A stretch of 64,000 nucleotides of DNA from a candidate division FCPU426 bacterium (lineage in GTDB: Bacteria > Oederibacteriota > PGYV01 > Palsa-1178): the NCBI GenBank assembly GCA_963840035.1, contig CAWIXE010000001.1, positions 576,001-640,000 on the forward strand, in the 5' to 3' direction. The translations under genes and the position numbers were made by a program. Each line of letters opens with the position of its first letter. The stretch's first letter is position 1. Positions 18,090 through 29,142 of this stretch are shown piece after piece. The notes below the pieces were generated by a model. It had not been told where the DNA came from. It ran no database searches and saw only the letters and a list, made by a program, of their open reading frames with translations.

Positions 18090-19103
18090 ATGAATATCCG
18101 GGACATCGCGAAGCTTGCGGGCGTGACTCATACTACTGTTTCAAAGATACTTAATAACAAAGGCAGCATATCAGAGGAAACAAAAAAGAAGGTCCTTGCC
18201 ATAATAAAAAAGAATAATTTTTACCCAAGCGAGGCGGCGCGGCGGACTTCTCTGGGGCGCGGGGGGGAGATTGCTTTTGTCAGCTCCAAGTACGCTTCTC
18301 CTTTTATTTCCTCAGTGCTGGAGGGTGTGGAGAACAGTTCTTATGGCGCGGGCAAGTATGAAAGAATGCTTTCAACATACTCAACCCGCGGCTCAGGCGA
18401 TATAAAGGACGAGATATTCATGAAAATAGCTACGGGGCATCTTGCCGATGCCGTGATAGTGCTGGCGCTTAAGCCAAATGAAGACGCCATGAAGGAATTT
18501 AAGAAATCCGGCATACCCGTGATACTACTTGAAAGCAGGATGAAAGGCGCGGACTCGATCACTGTCGATAATGTATCCGGCGCTTATGACGCCGTGTCAT
18601 ACCTGGCAAAATCAGGCAGAAAGAATATAGCCATAATCCGCGGCGAAACCGGCAATGAAGAGGTAGGGCCTGTGCCTCTTGACAGGGAAAAAGGCTATAA
18701 AAAGGCATTGCTGGACGCAGGGCTTAAAGCTGACAAAGACCTGCTGGAAGAGGTAATAGAGTATACATTTGAGGAAGGCAGGGCAGCGCTTGATAATTTG
18801 CTAAGCCGGAACAAAAAATTGGACTCGATATTCTGCGCCGCAGGCGACATGTGCGCGCTCGGCGTAATGCAAAGGGCTCAGGAACTTAAGATACAAATAC
18901 CGCGTGATATTTCCATAATAGGTTTTGATGACATACCGGCGGCTGCTTTGGTAAAACCCGGGCTTGCCACTGTCAGACAGCCCGTAAGTGAGATGGGAAA
19001 AAAGGCCTTTACAATGGCTGTTGATTACGCCGAAAGCAGGCTTTTGGAACCTATAAATGTGGTTATTAAGCCCAAATTAATAATAAGGCCATCCGCCGGA
19101 TAG
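18090..19103 (+). CDS. LacI-family transcriptional regulator
   Basis: MNIRDIAKLAGVTHTTVSKILN HTH; sugar-binding domain IPRDISIIGFDD; AGGAGG RBS. Confidence 0.96.
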   Translation: MNIRDIAKLAGVTHTTVSKILNNKGSISEETKKKVLAIIKKNNFYPSEAARRTSLGRGGEIAFVSSKYASPFISSVLEGVENSSYGAGKYERMLSTYSTRGSGDIKDEIFMKIATGHLADAVIVLALKPNEDAMKEFKKSGIPVILLESRMKGADSITVDNVSGAYDAVSYLAKSGRKNIAIIRGETGNEEVGPVPLDREKGYKKALLDAGLKADKDLLEEVIEYTFEEGRAALDNLLSRNKKLDSIFCAAGDMCALGVMQRAQELKIQIPRDISIIGFDDIPAAALVKPGLATVRQPVSEMGKKAFTMAVDYAESRLLEPINVVIKPKLIIRPSAG

Positions 19104-19130
19104 CAGCGAATAACAATTTGCGAAACACAC

Positions 19131-19178
19131 TTGACTTTTCGCGAAAATATTGTATATTTAGGTTACCGGTAACCTAAA
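19131..19178 (+). promoter_or_regulatory. Promoter with a perfect 22-bp palindromic operator
   Basis: TTGACT-N16-TATATT; TTTAGGTTACCGGTAACCTAAA at 19157-19178. Confidence 0.8.
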
Positions 19179-19197
19179 CCTTAAAGCGGAGGGTGAT

Positions 19198-19380
19198 ATG
19201 GATAAGTCAAAAGCATTATTGGATGAGATTTATTTAAAAGCCTCAGAGTCGTCAAATATATATGAACTCATCATGAACCTGATGAAAGAGACATCCTTAA
19301 AACTGCGGGCGGCCGGCATCAATGACATGTATTTATCTTCCGGGGTTGTAAGTAAACCCGGGGAGAGCGGGCAATTATGA
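19198..19380 (+). CDS. Small hypothetical protein
   Basis: GGAGGG RBS; stop overlaps the next ATG (ATGA). Confidence 0.55.
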   Translation: MDKSKALLDEIYLKASESSNIYELIMNLMKETSLKLRAAGINDMYLSSGVVSKPGESGQL

Positions 19381-22300
19381 ATATTTTAAAGGCTGTCAGT
19401 GGCGGGGCGTCGTCAGTCCGTAACAAAATCATAATTGCGGCATTCTTTTTTATCGCATTAACCTCTTCCTTATATTCCGCGCCGTGCTGGAACCTTGTTT
19501 GGGCTGATGAATTTGACAAGGGATACATAGATACAAATAACTGGAATTTTAATACCGGCTGCTCCGGGTGGGGAAACAGTGAGTGGGAAAACTACACAAA
19601 TTCCGCAACCAACTCTTATATTGAAAACGGAAATCTTGTTTTAAACGCCGTCAATACCGGAGGCGGCAATTGCGGTTACACGTCCGCGCGTTTAACCACC
19701 CAGGGAAAAGTGCACTTCACCTACGGCAGGATTGAAGCCAGGATTAAGTGCCCGTACGGCCAGGGGATATGGCCCGCGTTCTGGATGCTGGGGGAAAATA
19801 TAAGTTCAGTAAACTGGCCCGCCTGCGGAGAACTTGATATTATGGAAATGGTGGGCGGCGGTTCAGGCAAGGACAATGTGACGGTAGGCACCGCGCACTG
19901 GGACAACGGAGGTCACGCTTCTTACGGGCTCACAGCTTCGGTAGGCTGGCCCGCCAAACTTTCCGATGATTACCACATATACGCCATTGAGTGGGATGCC
20001 ACGCAGATAAGGTGGTATTTTGACACCAATAATTACGTTACGCTTAACACAAACGGCGCTTCCATGGAGGAATTTGTAGGAAAGGATTACTTCATATTAT
20101 TAAACCTGGCAGTTGGCGGGCAGTGGCCGGGTTATCCTGACGGCTCAACCGTGTTCCCGCAAAAAATGTATGTTGACTACGTGCGCTGGTACCAGGACGG
20201 CGCGTGCGGCCCGACCAATACGCCAACGCCTACTCCGACGCTTGTAGTTACCAATATCCCGGGCAATGTCCAGTTTGAAAATTATATGAACAGCGGCGAA
20301 GGAGTATCTTACCATGATACTACAGCTGGAAATACTCCCGGACAATACAGGAGCGACGGCGTGGACATTGAGGCCTGCTCTGAAGCGGGCGGCGGTTATG
20401 ATGTGGGTTATACCGCAGCCGGAGAGTGGCTCAATTACAGGATAAATGTTCTTCAGGCAGGGACTTATAATATAGGAGTCCACGCGGCGTCACTCGGCGC
20501 GGGCGGGACATTTCATCTGGAACTCGACGGAGCAAATATTTCCGGACAGCTGACTGTCCCCGACACTGGCGGATGGCAGACGTGGCAGACGCTTACAGTC
20601 AATAATATCAGTATTAGTTCTGCCGGCCTTAAAACTTTGAAGCTCGTAATGGACTCAAACGGCGCCACAGGGAGTATCGGGAATTTTAATTACGTATCCT
20701 TTACCGCCGGTATTAATGCAACACCCACATTTACACCCGCAGCGTCAAACACACCGCCTCCGGGCAGCGACGCGCTCATACCCTTAAACGCCGGCAAGAC
20801 CATGACCTGCCAGTTCATTAACAACACAGGCAATTATTCCGACAGCCAGATATATGTGATTGTAATAGGCTTAAACGCTGCCATGAAATACTGCCGGCTG
20901 GACACCGCGGGAAACATGATTCCGTGCGTCTCCGGGGATAATGCCGCCCCATATTTTATCCCTCTCTCGTCCATAAACGGTCTGCAGTTTCCCGATACCA
21001 TGATATCAGTAAGGCTTTATGTGTCGCTTGGCGCGCCGCTTAACATACCTTTTAATACTGACGGCGGAGGCAATGTGGGCATCGCGTATCCGAGCATAGA
21101 TAACCCCTCTGACCCGTCCTATAACTCGGTTTTTGATTTTGTGGAATTTAACCTGCAAAATAATATTATATTCCTCAATTCGTCGCAGGTGGATATGTTC
21201 GGCGTGCCTACGCAGTTAAGGCTATATGATAACGGGACTCCCACGTATACGCTTAACGGGCAGATGGGGATACCGTACAGTTTGGCCCAGATTGCTTCGG
21301 ACTGGGCAGCGCAGGTACCGGCAGAATTCCAGCACCTGTACGCCAACGGCAGGATTGTGTCGCCCACGCATGGGCAGTTTGCGGCAGGAAGGGCATACGC
21401 GAATTATTTTGACGCATATATAAACAGCATCTGGAGCCAGTACGCGTCAAGCGACCTGGTGCTGACCATAGGCGCGAGCGTTTTTACAGGCCGCGTAGGA
21501 GGGGATACCAGGATTGCGTTCACAACTCCCGGAGACCCGGTAACTTATTACGTCGAGAAACCAAATACGCAGGATGTTTTTATGGGAGCCGGGACGCTGG
21601 CAAAGGGCAACGGCGTGGAAAAACAACTGGAGGCGCAGATATGCGCGGCATTTAACAGGCATGTAATGCAGAATATTTCCCTCGCGAATACGCCTTCCGC
21701 TTTTTACCAGGCTTCGCCCGCGAACTGGTACGCGAAATTTTGGCACGACCATTCGCTTTTTAACATGGCATATGGTTTCTGCTACGACGATGTCAGCAAC
21801 CAGTCAACTACACTGGTCTCCACAAATCCCCGCGGTATGGTGGTCGTAATAGGAGCCAACAACCAGGTCCCTGCCACATACACAATGACAAGAACGCCTG
21901 TTAATACCGCAACAAAAACATTTACAGTTACCTTTACGGCGACGAGGATAAACACAAGCACTTCAACGGCGACGTCCACAGCGACCGGCACAACCACGGT
22001 GCCTGCCGCGACCTTTACCGCGACTCCGGCAAATACGGGAACATTAACATCTACCCATACCGCGACTATTACCCTGACTCCGGCAAATACAGGAACATTA
22101 ACAGCGACCCGCACGGCTACAGTTGATGTTTCTCCGACTGTGACTTCGTCAAACACAGTCATTTTAACAGCAACCAGCACTGCTACAGTAAGCGCGGCTA
22201 CATCAACCGCTACAGCCACAAACACCGTGACAGTTATATATACAAAGACTCAGACGGCTGTAAATACGCCAACGTGTACTCCCACAAAAACAAATACTGC

Positions 22301-22745
22301 CGCGTTTACTTCAACCAGGACAAGCACTCCTGCTTCCACGCGGACTTTTACCGCCACAAGAACATCAACAACAACACCTGTAAACACTCCTACCACGACG
22401 GTAACAAAAACACAGGATGGAAAACTCGGGATACAGGACACCGTTGCGTATCCAAATCCAATCAGTAAAATGGACAATACAGGGATTAATGTCAGCTTTA
22501 AACTTTCGGCAATTGCCACAAAGTTAAAGTTCAGGCAGTTTACCACCGGCTACAGGTTAATACGGGAAGTATCGTTTACAGCCGGCGAGGTAAATGGGGG
22601 CCTGGACTCAGGGATTAATGTTATCACCGTACCCGCAAAATACTTAAAGGGATTATCCGCCGGCACCTATTATTATGTGCTGTCAGCTGAGGATGGCCGG
22701 GGGAATAAAACTTCTTCAGGGCTTAAAATTGTCATCGTATTATGA
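19377..22745 (+). CDS. Secreted multidomain beta-1,3-glucanase: GH16 + CBM6-like + GH64 + Thr-rich linker + C-terminal sorting-like domain
   Basis: WPAFWMLG...GELDIME (GH16); GEWLNY...TGGWQTW (CBM6); DFVEF...SQVDMFG...NWYAKFWH...AYGFCYDDV (GH64); AYPNP C-terminus. Confidence 0.88.
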   Translation: MNILKAVSGGASSVRNKIIIAAFFFIALTSSLYSAPCWNLVWADEFDKGYIDTNNWNFNTGCSGWGNSEWENYTNSATNSYIENGNLVLNAVNTGGGNCGYTSARLTTQGKVHFTYGRIEARIKCPYGQGIWPAFWMLGENISSVNWPACGELDIMEMVGGGSGKDNVTVGTAHWDNGGHASYGLTASVGWPAKLSDDYHIYAIEWDATQIRWYFDTNNYVTLNTNGASMEEFVGKDYFILLNLAVGGQWPGYPDGSTVFPQKMYVDYVRWYQDGACGPTNTPTPTPTLVVTNIPGNVQFENYMNSGEGVSYHDTTAGNTPGQYRSDGVDIEACSEAGGGYDVGYTAAGEWLNYRINVLQAGTYNIGVHAASLGAGGTFHLELDGANISGQLTVPDTGGWQTWQTLTVNNISISSAGLKTLKLVMDSNGATGSIGNFNYVSFTAGINATPTFTPAASNTPPPGSDALIPLNAGKTMTCQFINNTGNYSDSQIYVIVIGLNAAMKYCRLDTAGNMIPCVSGDNAAPYFIPLSSINGLQFPDTMISVRLYVSLGAPLNIPFNTDGGGNVGIAYPSIDNPSDPSYNSVFDFVEFNLQNNIIFLNSSQVDMFGVPTQLRLYDNGTPTYTLNGQMGIPYSLAQIASDWAAQVPAEFQHLYANGRIVSPTHGQFAAGRAYANYFDAYINSIWSQYASSDLVLTIGASVFTGRVGGDTRIAFTTPGDPVTYYVEKPNTQDVFMGAGTLAKGNGVEKQLEAQICAAFNRHVMQNISLANTPSAFYQASPANWYAKFWHDHSLFNMAYGFCYDDVSNQSTTLVSTNPRGMVVVIGANNQVPATYTMTRTPVNTATKTFTVTFTATRINTSTSTATSTATGTTTVPAATFTATPANTGTLTSTHTATITLTPANTGTLTATRTATVDVSPTVTSSNTVILTATSTATVSAATSTATATNTVTVIYTKTQTAVNTPTCTPTKTNTAAFTSTRTSTPASTRTFTATRTSTTTPVNTPTTTVTKTQDGKLGIQDTVAYPNPISKMDNTGINVSFKLSAIATKLKFRQFTTGYRLIREVSFTAGEVNGGLDSGINVITVPAKYLKGLSAGTYYYVLSAEDGRGNKTSSGLKIVIVL

Positions 22746-22794
22746 CAAAATGGTTTAAAGAAATCATTTTAAGCTGAGTGAGCAGGTATAATTT

Positions 22795-22834
22795 AAAAAC
22801 AAAAACATCCGCTTTTGCGGATGTTTTTGTTTTT
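22795..22834. terminator. Bidirectional intrinsic terminator
   Basis: AAAAACAAAAACATCCGC-TTTT-GCGGATGTTTTTGTTTTT. Confidence 0.85.
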
Positions 22835-22909
22835 GTGGCCGGAATAATCATTAAACCATTTACATATTTAGGTTAATGTTATATTGGCCAATCTTTTTAG
22901 ATATAAATA

Positions 22910-24256
22910 TTGACAAAAAATATGCCGGGGAGTAACATTAATTATCAGTTTTTTTGTCCCGGGAGGGCTCAATTGAAAAAAATATACGCAATCCTTATAT
23001 TAATCCTGGTTTTTCAGCCGGTTATGCTTTTATATTCCATCCCGTGTGTTACTGAAGGGTGTTTTGGTTCAGGCAGTGTATTTAAGGCTTGCGGGGATTA
23101 CTGGGAGGATAATTATGCCGGGGTGCATTATCATTGTCATTGCGTATGCGGGCCCTGTGACAGCGTCAAAAATCCATGTGTCGCTGTGGTATCCGGCGGG
23201 GCGGGCGGGGGTTCGGCTTCTGCGCAGGTAAATTTAAACAGCGATGTAAATGGTTCAGCGTATTTTTCACGCAATGACCTTTTTGCCATTGAAGACTGGG
23301 CAAATGACAACGATACAAAATGGAAATCTTTCATGGACAGGTCCCTTGAGAGAGGTTACGGGAACCTTTCCTCCTTTATTAACGGCGACGGAAGCGGAAT
23401 GCCTTTCAATGATTTTGTCTATCAAACCACAATGAAATACCTTAATAACAATTACTTTAACGGAGGCAGCGGCGACCCAAGGCTGCTTCGGGACGATTCA
23501 ACTATACCTAACGCCTCTTTTTACGCCGGGTATGGGAAAAAGACAGGCGGAAAAGGCGCGGACGACGGCCCGCCACCTCCGGCTCCAAAAATTCCTGACG
23601 GTATTTCCTGGGTCGACAGCGGCGGTGTTTATATAGGAAACGGCAAGACGCCAAAACTGCTCCGCGGAGGGGATGAGGATGTCACGTTTGAGGAGCGCGA
23701 AAGGGCGCGCTTAAATACCGTAATAGACGAGAGGAAGCTTGTTAAGATGGACAATGAGGCCTTTGATTACGCGGCAGGGCAGGCTGAGCAGGCGGGTACG
23801 GAATCGGATAAAAATAACGGCATGATGCGCAAAGTTTTGAATTTCTTCTTTGAAAAGGCGCAGGACAAAGTGGAATCTGATTCTATTGACGAGATAAAGG
23901 AACTTATAACAGGCGGGGATGAGGCTAAAAAAGAGCGTCTCGGCACGGCCCTTGACGTTATTGACGGTACAAAAGAACTGAAGAAATTGTACGACATGCG
24001 CGGAGACCAGCAGGCGCTGACTGAAGAGACATCAAAGAACATGGAAAAGCTCATGGCAGGCCAGTTAAAGGGGATGCAAAAAGAGGTATCGGACAAGGGA
24101 AGGGACCTGTATAAGAAATTCATGGAAAACAAATTAAACTCGGTAATAAACGAGGTAAAAAACGGAAGCAACGCCATCATAAAGACATTTACAGGCAAGC
24201 CATTAAACGCTGACGAACAGGACATCATAAACAGGGCGACGGGGAGGAATGAATAA
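22910..24256 (+). CDS. Hypothetical secreted protein with Cys-rich N-terminus and helical C-terminus (start uncertain)
   Basis: Signal-like LKKIYAILILILVF; CHCVCGPC cluster. Confidence 0.7.
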   Translation: MTKNMPGSNINYQFFCPGRAQLKKIYAILILILVFQPVMLLYSIPCVTEGCFGSGSVFKACGDYWEDNYAGVHYHCHCVCGPCDSVKNPCVAVVSGGAGGGSASAQVNLNSDVNGSAYFSRNDLFAIEDWANDNDTKWKSFMDRSLERGYGNLSSFINGDGSGMPFNDFVYQTTMKYLNNNYFNGGSGDPRLLRDDSTIPNASFYAGYGKKTGGKGADDGPPPPAPKIPDGISWVDSGGVYIGNGKTPKLLRGGDEDVTFEERERARLNTVIDERKLVKMDNEAFDYAAGQAEQAGTESDKNNGMMRKVLNFFFEKAQDKVESDSIDEIKELITGGDEAKKERLGTALDVIDGTKELKKLYDMRGDQQALTEETSKNMEKLMAGQLKGMQKEVSDKGRDLYKKFMENKLNSVINEVKNGSNAIIKTFTGKPLNADEQDIINRATGRNE

Positions 24257-25161
24257 CATGAAAAAAATAATTCTGGCATTCCTTATAACCGTTTGCGCCG
24301 CGGCTGCCGCCGCAGGCAGTTACCTTGACAAAACATTTGTCCTGCTGCCGGCAGACAGCGGGCTGAAATTCAGCTGGATCATGGCGCCCGGCACAGTAAA
24401 TGCGGAAGGGTCAGGCATAATATTCAGGATGGGAAAAAGCGGCAACGCCTGGTTCGGACGCGACGGAAAGTATCTGATGAGTTTAAAGGACGGATTTGTA
24501 ATCGAATTAAAGGGCGGATATGATGATTTTACGGTCAATGGCGAGGGCAAACCTCTTATAATGGCAAAGGGTTATCTGGGGTTGATACCTCCGGTAAAGG
24601 ACCCGCAGGGCACCGGCAGGCTTTTCCTTCCAGCCGCTCGCAAAACTTCCGGCTGACAACTGCAAGTTTTATCCGGCTGCAAATGGCGGAGTTTACATAA
24701 CAGGCGGCAATGCCGTTTTTGTGGCGGGAGGGGAAAGCGGCGTAATAAATATAGAAGGAAAGGGAAAAGCGTTATCATACAGGAAGGTATTTTCCTCGGA
24801 AAAGTCCGTTTCATCGGCTGCGGGTGACGGGAAAACAACTTTCATCGCGACGGACAGGCTTGTAATACGCGTAAAGCCGGGCTCGGAAAAGGCTGAAGGT
24901 TTTTTCATGCATCCGAAGGAAAAAATTACAGGGCTGGCATATGACGCGTCAGCCGGGGTTTTTTACTGCACTGAAAAAGGGGTCGGTTTCGCGTCAAAGG
25001 ACGGCAGCCTGGAATTCCTGAAAGTCTCCAAACCTTCCATTGCCGCGTCAGCAGGAAAACTATACGTTTATCTGCCTGATGAAAACGGCATCCTGGAAAT
25101 AGCAAGCATTAATAATTTTAAAGGGCTTATAAAAACCGGCGGGGTAAAAAATAAAAAATGA
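24249..25161 (+). pseudogene. Secreted beta-rich protein split by one frameshift near 24600-24630
   Basis: ORFs 24249-24656 and 24721-25161 overlap in open frames; the second frame reads FQPLAKLPADNCKFYP... upstream of its called start. Confidence 0.65.
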
Positions 25162-26711
25162 GAGATAAAATAAAAAGCTTGTTAAGCCTGTCAATACTGG
25201 CGCTGGCCTGTTTGTTTCCGCTGCAGGTTGCCGCGGCTTCTGAAAGCGGGCCGTTTAACCCTGATACATATGTCAGCTCAGCCATAAAATACCGCAGCCC
25301 TGATGCGGGAAAGCCTTTCTTTGCCGCGGATGCCTTAAACGCGGCCAGGGGATACCTGGTGCTTGGATATCTTCCGGAGGCGGTCGACAGGTATAAAGCC
25401 CTGTATAACGGCGGTTCCAGGGACGGGGTTATAACCGAATACGCGTACGCGCTGGCTTTAAGCGGTTATAACGAGCCTGCCATGTTATACCTTGACAGCG
25501 CGCATTTAAGCGACCCTTCAGGCGCTGAGCCATATTATTACGCCGGGAATATATTTGCTTTTGCAGGATACGGCGATATAGCAAAAAATTTCATGAAGAT
25601 AGCGCAGGGGGATAAGGATGAATTTTCCGGGCTTGCGTCAAAACCGGCTGCATTAAGAAAAAACATCGGCGTTATTTCATACGCTGACCTGGATAATGAT
25701 TTTAAGAAAGAACTGGGATACGCCGAAAAAACCGGCGTTGTCGTGCTCAATGTTTTTCCGGGGCCGGAAATGTTCAGAAGCCCCCTGGAAACACGGGATA
25801 TAATAATGAAGATAGGCGACAGCGGTGTAAAGGACATGAAGGCTTTTCAGGAAATGGTAAACAATAAACCGGCAGGAAGCGGCTTAAACCTGACAATATG
25901 GCGCGGCGGCGAGAAAAGGAACATATCAGTAAAGGTGCGTTCAGTCGATGACCTGCCGGGGCTTCCGGCTTTAAAAGGAAGAAAACTTGAGCCATCTGAT
26001 AAAGCCAAGGCAAAGCTCGTAAAGGCCGTAACCCTGCTTGCCGATAAAAAATATTTTACATCCATACTCATATACAGGGAACTGGTCGATGAATATCCGG
26101 ACTGGGAAATACCATACCTGGGGTATACGCTTGCGCTTGAGAAAGCCGGCGCGTTTGCCTGCGCGAAAAAAGCGTCGGAGCAGGCCGCTGCCGCTGCCGC
26201 GGATGATAAGGAAGCAAGGACACAGTTTAAAAACAAGTCAAAAGAGCTTGGAGAATTGCCTGCCAACAAACAGAGCAGCTGGAGGCAGGAGCAATCCAGG
26301 GAAACATTGCGGGATAATCCAAAAGTTTTTTACCTGGGTTTTGGCGGAGGGCAGCTGTACTTTGGCGGTAACACTGACTTAAGGCTGATGCTTAACGGAA
26401 GGATAGGGCTGCTCCTTGATACGGGCATAGATTTATCAGCCAGCCTCGGCATAGACACTTCAAGCGGCATAGACCTCGGGATTACGGCCGTGCAGCGATT
26501 TAAATACGGAAAAGATTTCGGTTTAAACGCGGGCGGTACTGTGGCGTTTAACACAGGCAGGGGAGAACTTGCGGTGGGTGTTTTAGGCGGGGGCTCATGG
26601 TACATGGACAGCAGCAACAGCCTGGACCTGATGATCAATATGCGCGCGTACCTTGGCGGAAACAGCACGCCAGGCGCGGTTATTTACATCGGCACGACAA
26701 GGTTCTTATAA
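25158..26711 (+). CDS. Secreted TPR + PDZ protein with beta-barrel-like C-terminus
   Basis: Signal peptide; TPR-like helices; GVVVLNV...DIIMKI...LTIWRGG PDZ; alternating beta strands ending in RFL. Confidence 0.7.
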   Translation: MRDKIKSLLSLSILALACLFPLQVAAASESGPFNPDTYVSSAIKYRSPDAGKPFFAADALNAARGYLVLGYLPEAVDRYKALYNGGSRDGVITEYAYALALSGYNEPAMLYLDSAHLSDPSGAEPYYYAGNIFAFAGYGDIAKNFMKIAQGDKDEFSGLASKPAALRKNIGVISYADLDNDFKKELGYAEKTGVVVLNVFPGPEMFRSPLETRDIIMKIGDSGVKDMKAFQEMVNNKPAGSGLNLTIWRGGEKRNISVKVRSVDDLPGLPALKGRKLEPSDKAKAKLVKAVTLLADKKYFTSILIYRELVDEYPDWEIPYLGYTLALEKAGAFACAKKASEQAAAAAADDKEARTQFKNKSKELGELPANKQSSWRQEQSRETLRDNPKVFYLGFGGGQLYFGGNTDLRLMLNGRIGLLLDTGIDLSASLGIDTSSGIDLGITAVQRFKYGKDFGLNAGGTVAFNTGRGELAVGVLGGGSWYMDSSNSLDLMINMRAYLGGNSTPGAVIYIGTTRFL

Positions 26712-28849
26712 TGAAAAAAAACATCAGCTTAAGCGCTGTGTTATTGCTGCTGACGCTCTTTGCCTCCGCCGCAACAGGAGCGGAAGACATACGGATAAGC
26801 GCTGAAAAATTCAAAAAAACATCTTTTTACACCAACCAGAAGATATTTGAGGACGCATTTATATCAGCTCAGGGAAACCTCGTGCTCACAGCCTCCGCGG
26901 GATTTTTAGCCCTTAAGCAGGGGGTTAAAGAAACCATTTCAAAGGACGCCATATACGCGTGGAAGCAGGCGTCAAAAATATCAGGACGGGCTGTTTTCGT
27001 GGAGATAAGGGAAGGCGATAAATGCACCACACTGTGGAAATCAGAGGGAAATAATTCCGCTGTCATGGTTGAACAGTGGGGCCCGGGAATTGTCCCGGAT
27101 AGCGGAAGGCGTATTTTCATGTCAGGGGCGGTCACCGCGAATACGGCGCAGGAAGGCGCGGTCATAAGCGGAACCATAGGGACTTATTTTTTCAAGGACA
27201 TCCTTGACACGGCGCTGAACCTGTCGGTATCAGGCAGCAGCGCGAGCGTCGGCTTAAGCGCAAAAGCGCATTACCTCATAACACCGTTGTGGGATTTAAA
27301 CGGGGGCATTCAGTTAAGCTTAACCGGCAACGGGGATAACAGCGCGTTTGAAATGGCAGCGCTTATCGGCGCGAGCAACTTTTTATCATACAGGAGCAGC
27401 CTTGATTTCAGCGCGAGCATAGGAAATACCGGCGCTTTCATGATAGGTTCAGGTGTGACATATTATTTTGACGGCAGGCCGGAAATGGGGACACAACCAG
27501 CCCCGATAAAAAAAGAGGATGTAAAAAGAGCGGCCACTCCTTTGTTTACCGCCACTGAAATCCCGGCGAGGGAAGAAGAACCGGCTCCCACAGACACACC
27601 CCGTCCGGAATCTACGCCGTGGCCGACATCAACGCGTGTGCCGGAAGCAACCGCGACCAATGAACCGACACAGGAAATAATACCCACAGTAGGGGCGTCA
27701 AATGAAAAAGAAACAGAGGCAACGCCCGCTGAAATAAAAGCGCAGCCTGAAGAAACCCCGGCCGCGCGTGAAACACAGGAACGTGTAGAAAACACCGGGG
27801 CTGACGTCCAGGAACGCCCGGCTGATCAAAAGGAAGGAACTACCGCGGGATTTTTTATGGAATCCGATATACTGAACCTGGCAACATCCATTCCTGACAG
27901 GTGGGTGAACATTAATTTAACGTTCGGTTTCGGTACTGACAGCATATTTGGCATGAGCATAACGCCGGGCTACATGACGCTGGAAAAAGGCGGGCCTGTC
28001 ACATATGACCTGCTCAGCGTAAATGTTGCCCTGGATTTTTACCCGCTGGGAAGGTCGCCTTCGGGGATTTATCTCGGGCCTGTCGTGGGTTTCAGGCATT
28101 ATATTGACGCAGTGCATGAACCGCTGGATGTCACAAATACGGAAGACAAAGTCCTTTACGGCGGGCAGGCGGGAGTAAGGGTGCTGGCAGCTGGTTTTGT
28201 AATGGATGCGGCAGCCGTTTACATGATGAATGAAAGCGCAAAAGCAGGATGGCCGTCTGAAATGGTCAATGACCTGAAATTCCGGGCCGGGATAGGAATT
28301 ATGTTTTACGCCGGGGATGAAAACGGGCAGGAATCTGATGAAGATATCAAGGAAGGCACCACAGAAGGGACCTTTTTTGAGGTAGACGGAATGAGCGCTT
28401 ACAGGATGATGAAGAATGACGATTTTGAAGGCGATGTCAGGTTCGGTTTCGGCGACGACGGCATCCTTGGAATGAACTTCACGCTTGGCGGGAAATACAT
28501 AGAACAGTTCGGATTCCAGAAATATTCGGCAATGGCCAGGTTGGCGCTGGACCTATACCCATTTGACAGGTCGCCGTCCGGATTATACTTCGGTGCGCTG
28601 GCCGGGGCAGGTTACCGTGTGGACAGGCAGGATTTTGGCATGGGTTATGTAATTGACAATTATCCTGTTTTGGCGGCAGGCGGTGAGGCCGGTTTAAGGA
28701 TACTCATGAACATGCTTGTGCTGGACATAGCCATCGAATATGATATTTACACATACCCTCTAAAGGCAAGGGCAATGGAGATCCAGGAAGAATTTATAAT
28801 GCGCGCGGGGGTAGGGTTGATGTTTTATGATTTTAAAAAAGTAAAATAA
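26711..28849 (+). CDS. Putative outer-membrane protein with Pro/Thr/Glu linker and duplicated beta-barrel-like domains
   Basis: Signal peptide from ATG 26711; repeated EGTT.G.F.E.D...LD(F/L)YP..RSPSG(I/L)Y.G...RAG(I/V)G(I/L)MFY units. Confidence 0.7.
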   Translation: MKKNISLSAVLLLLTLFASAATGAEDIRISAEKFKKTSFYTNQKIFEDAFISAQGNLVLTASAGFLALKQGVKETISKDAIYAWKQASKISGRAVFVEIREGDKCTTLWKSEGNNSAVMVEQWGPGIVPDSGRRIFMSGAVTANTAQEGAVISGTIGTYFFKDILDTALNLSVSGSSASVGLSAKAHYLITPLWDLNGGIQLSLTGNGDNSAFEMAALIGASNFLSYRSSLDFSASIGNTGAFMIGSGVTYYFDGRPEMGTQPAPIKKEDVKRAATPLFTATEIPAREEEPAPTDTPRPESTPWPTSTRVPEATATNEPTQEIIPTVGASNEKETEATPAEIKAQPEETPAARETQERVENTGADVQERPADQKEGTTAGFFMESDILNLATSIPDRWVNINLTFGFGTDSIFGMSITPGYMTLEKGGPVTYDLLSVNVALDFYPLGRSPSGIYLGPVVGFRHYIDAVHEPLDVTNTEDKVLYGGQAGVRVLAAGFVMDAAAVYMMNESAKAGWPSEMVNDLKFRAGIGIMFYAGDENGQESDEDIKEGTTEGTFFEVDGMSAYRMMKNDDFEGDVRFGFGDDGILGMNFTLGGKYIEQFGFQKYSAMARLALDLYPFDRSPSGLYFGALAGAGYRVDRQDFGMGYVIDNYPVLAAGGEAGLRILMNMLVLDIAIEYDIYTYPLKARAMEIQEEFIMRAGVGLMFYDFKKVK

Positions 28850-28957
28850 TTATTGGCATTTCCGGATGAATTGAATTACAGCACAAATATGATATAATGT
28901 GTTTGAAGAACTGACATGAATTGTTTTAAGGGGGGATTTAAATTAACAATTTTAGTT

Positions 28958-29071
28958 TGTCATTGCGAGGAGGCGTTTTGTTTCTTGCCGACGAAGCAAT
29001 CCTGCTGTTTTATAATATTGAAACGAGATTGCTTCGTCGCCATAAAGCAAATACGGCTTCTCGCAATGACA
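28958..29071. repeat. Palindromic repeat element TGTCATTGCGAG...CTCGCAATGACA
   Basis: Terminal 12-bp IR plus inner CGACGAAGCAATC/GATTGCTTCGTCG. Confidence 0.85.
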
Positions 29072-29142
29072 TACTGTAAACATGAACATAACTGTCGAAT
29101 ATATAGGCAGTTACAGACGTAAGCGTTTTAAGGGGGAATTAA

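Noticed and set aside
28916..29122. 68-aa ORF
   Set aside because: Translation of the palindromic repeat element
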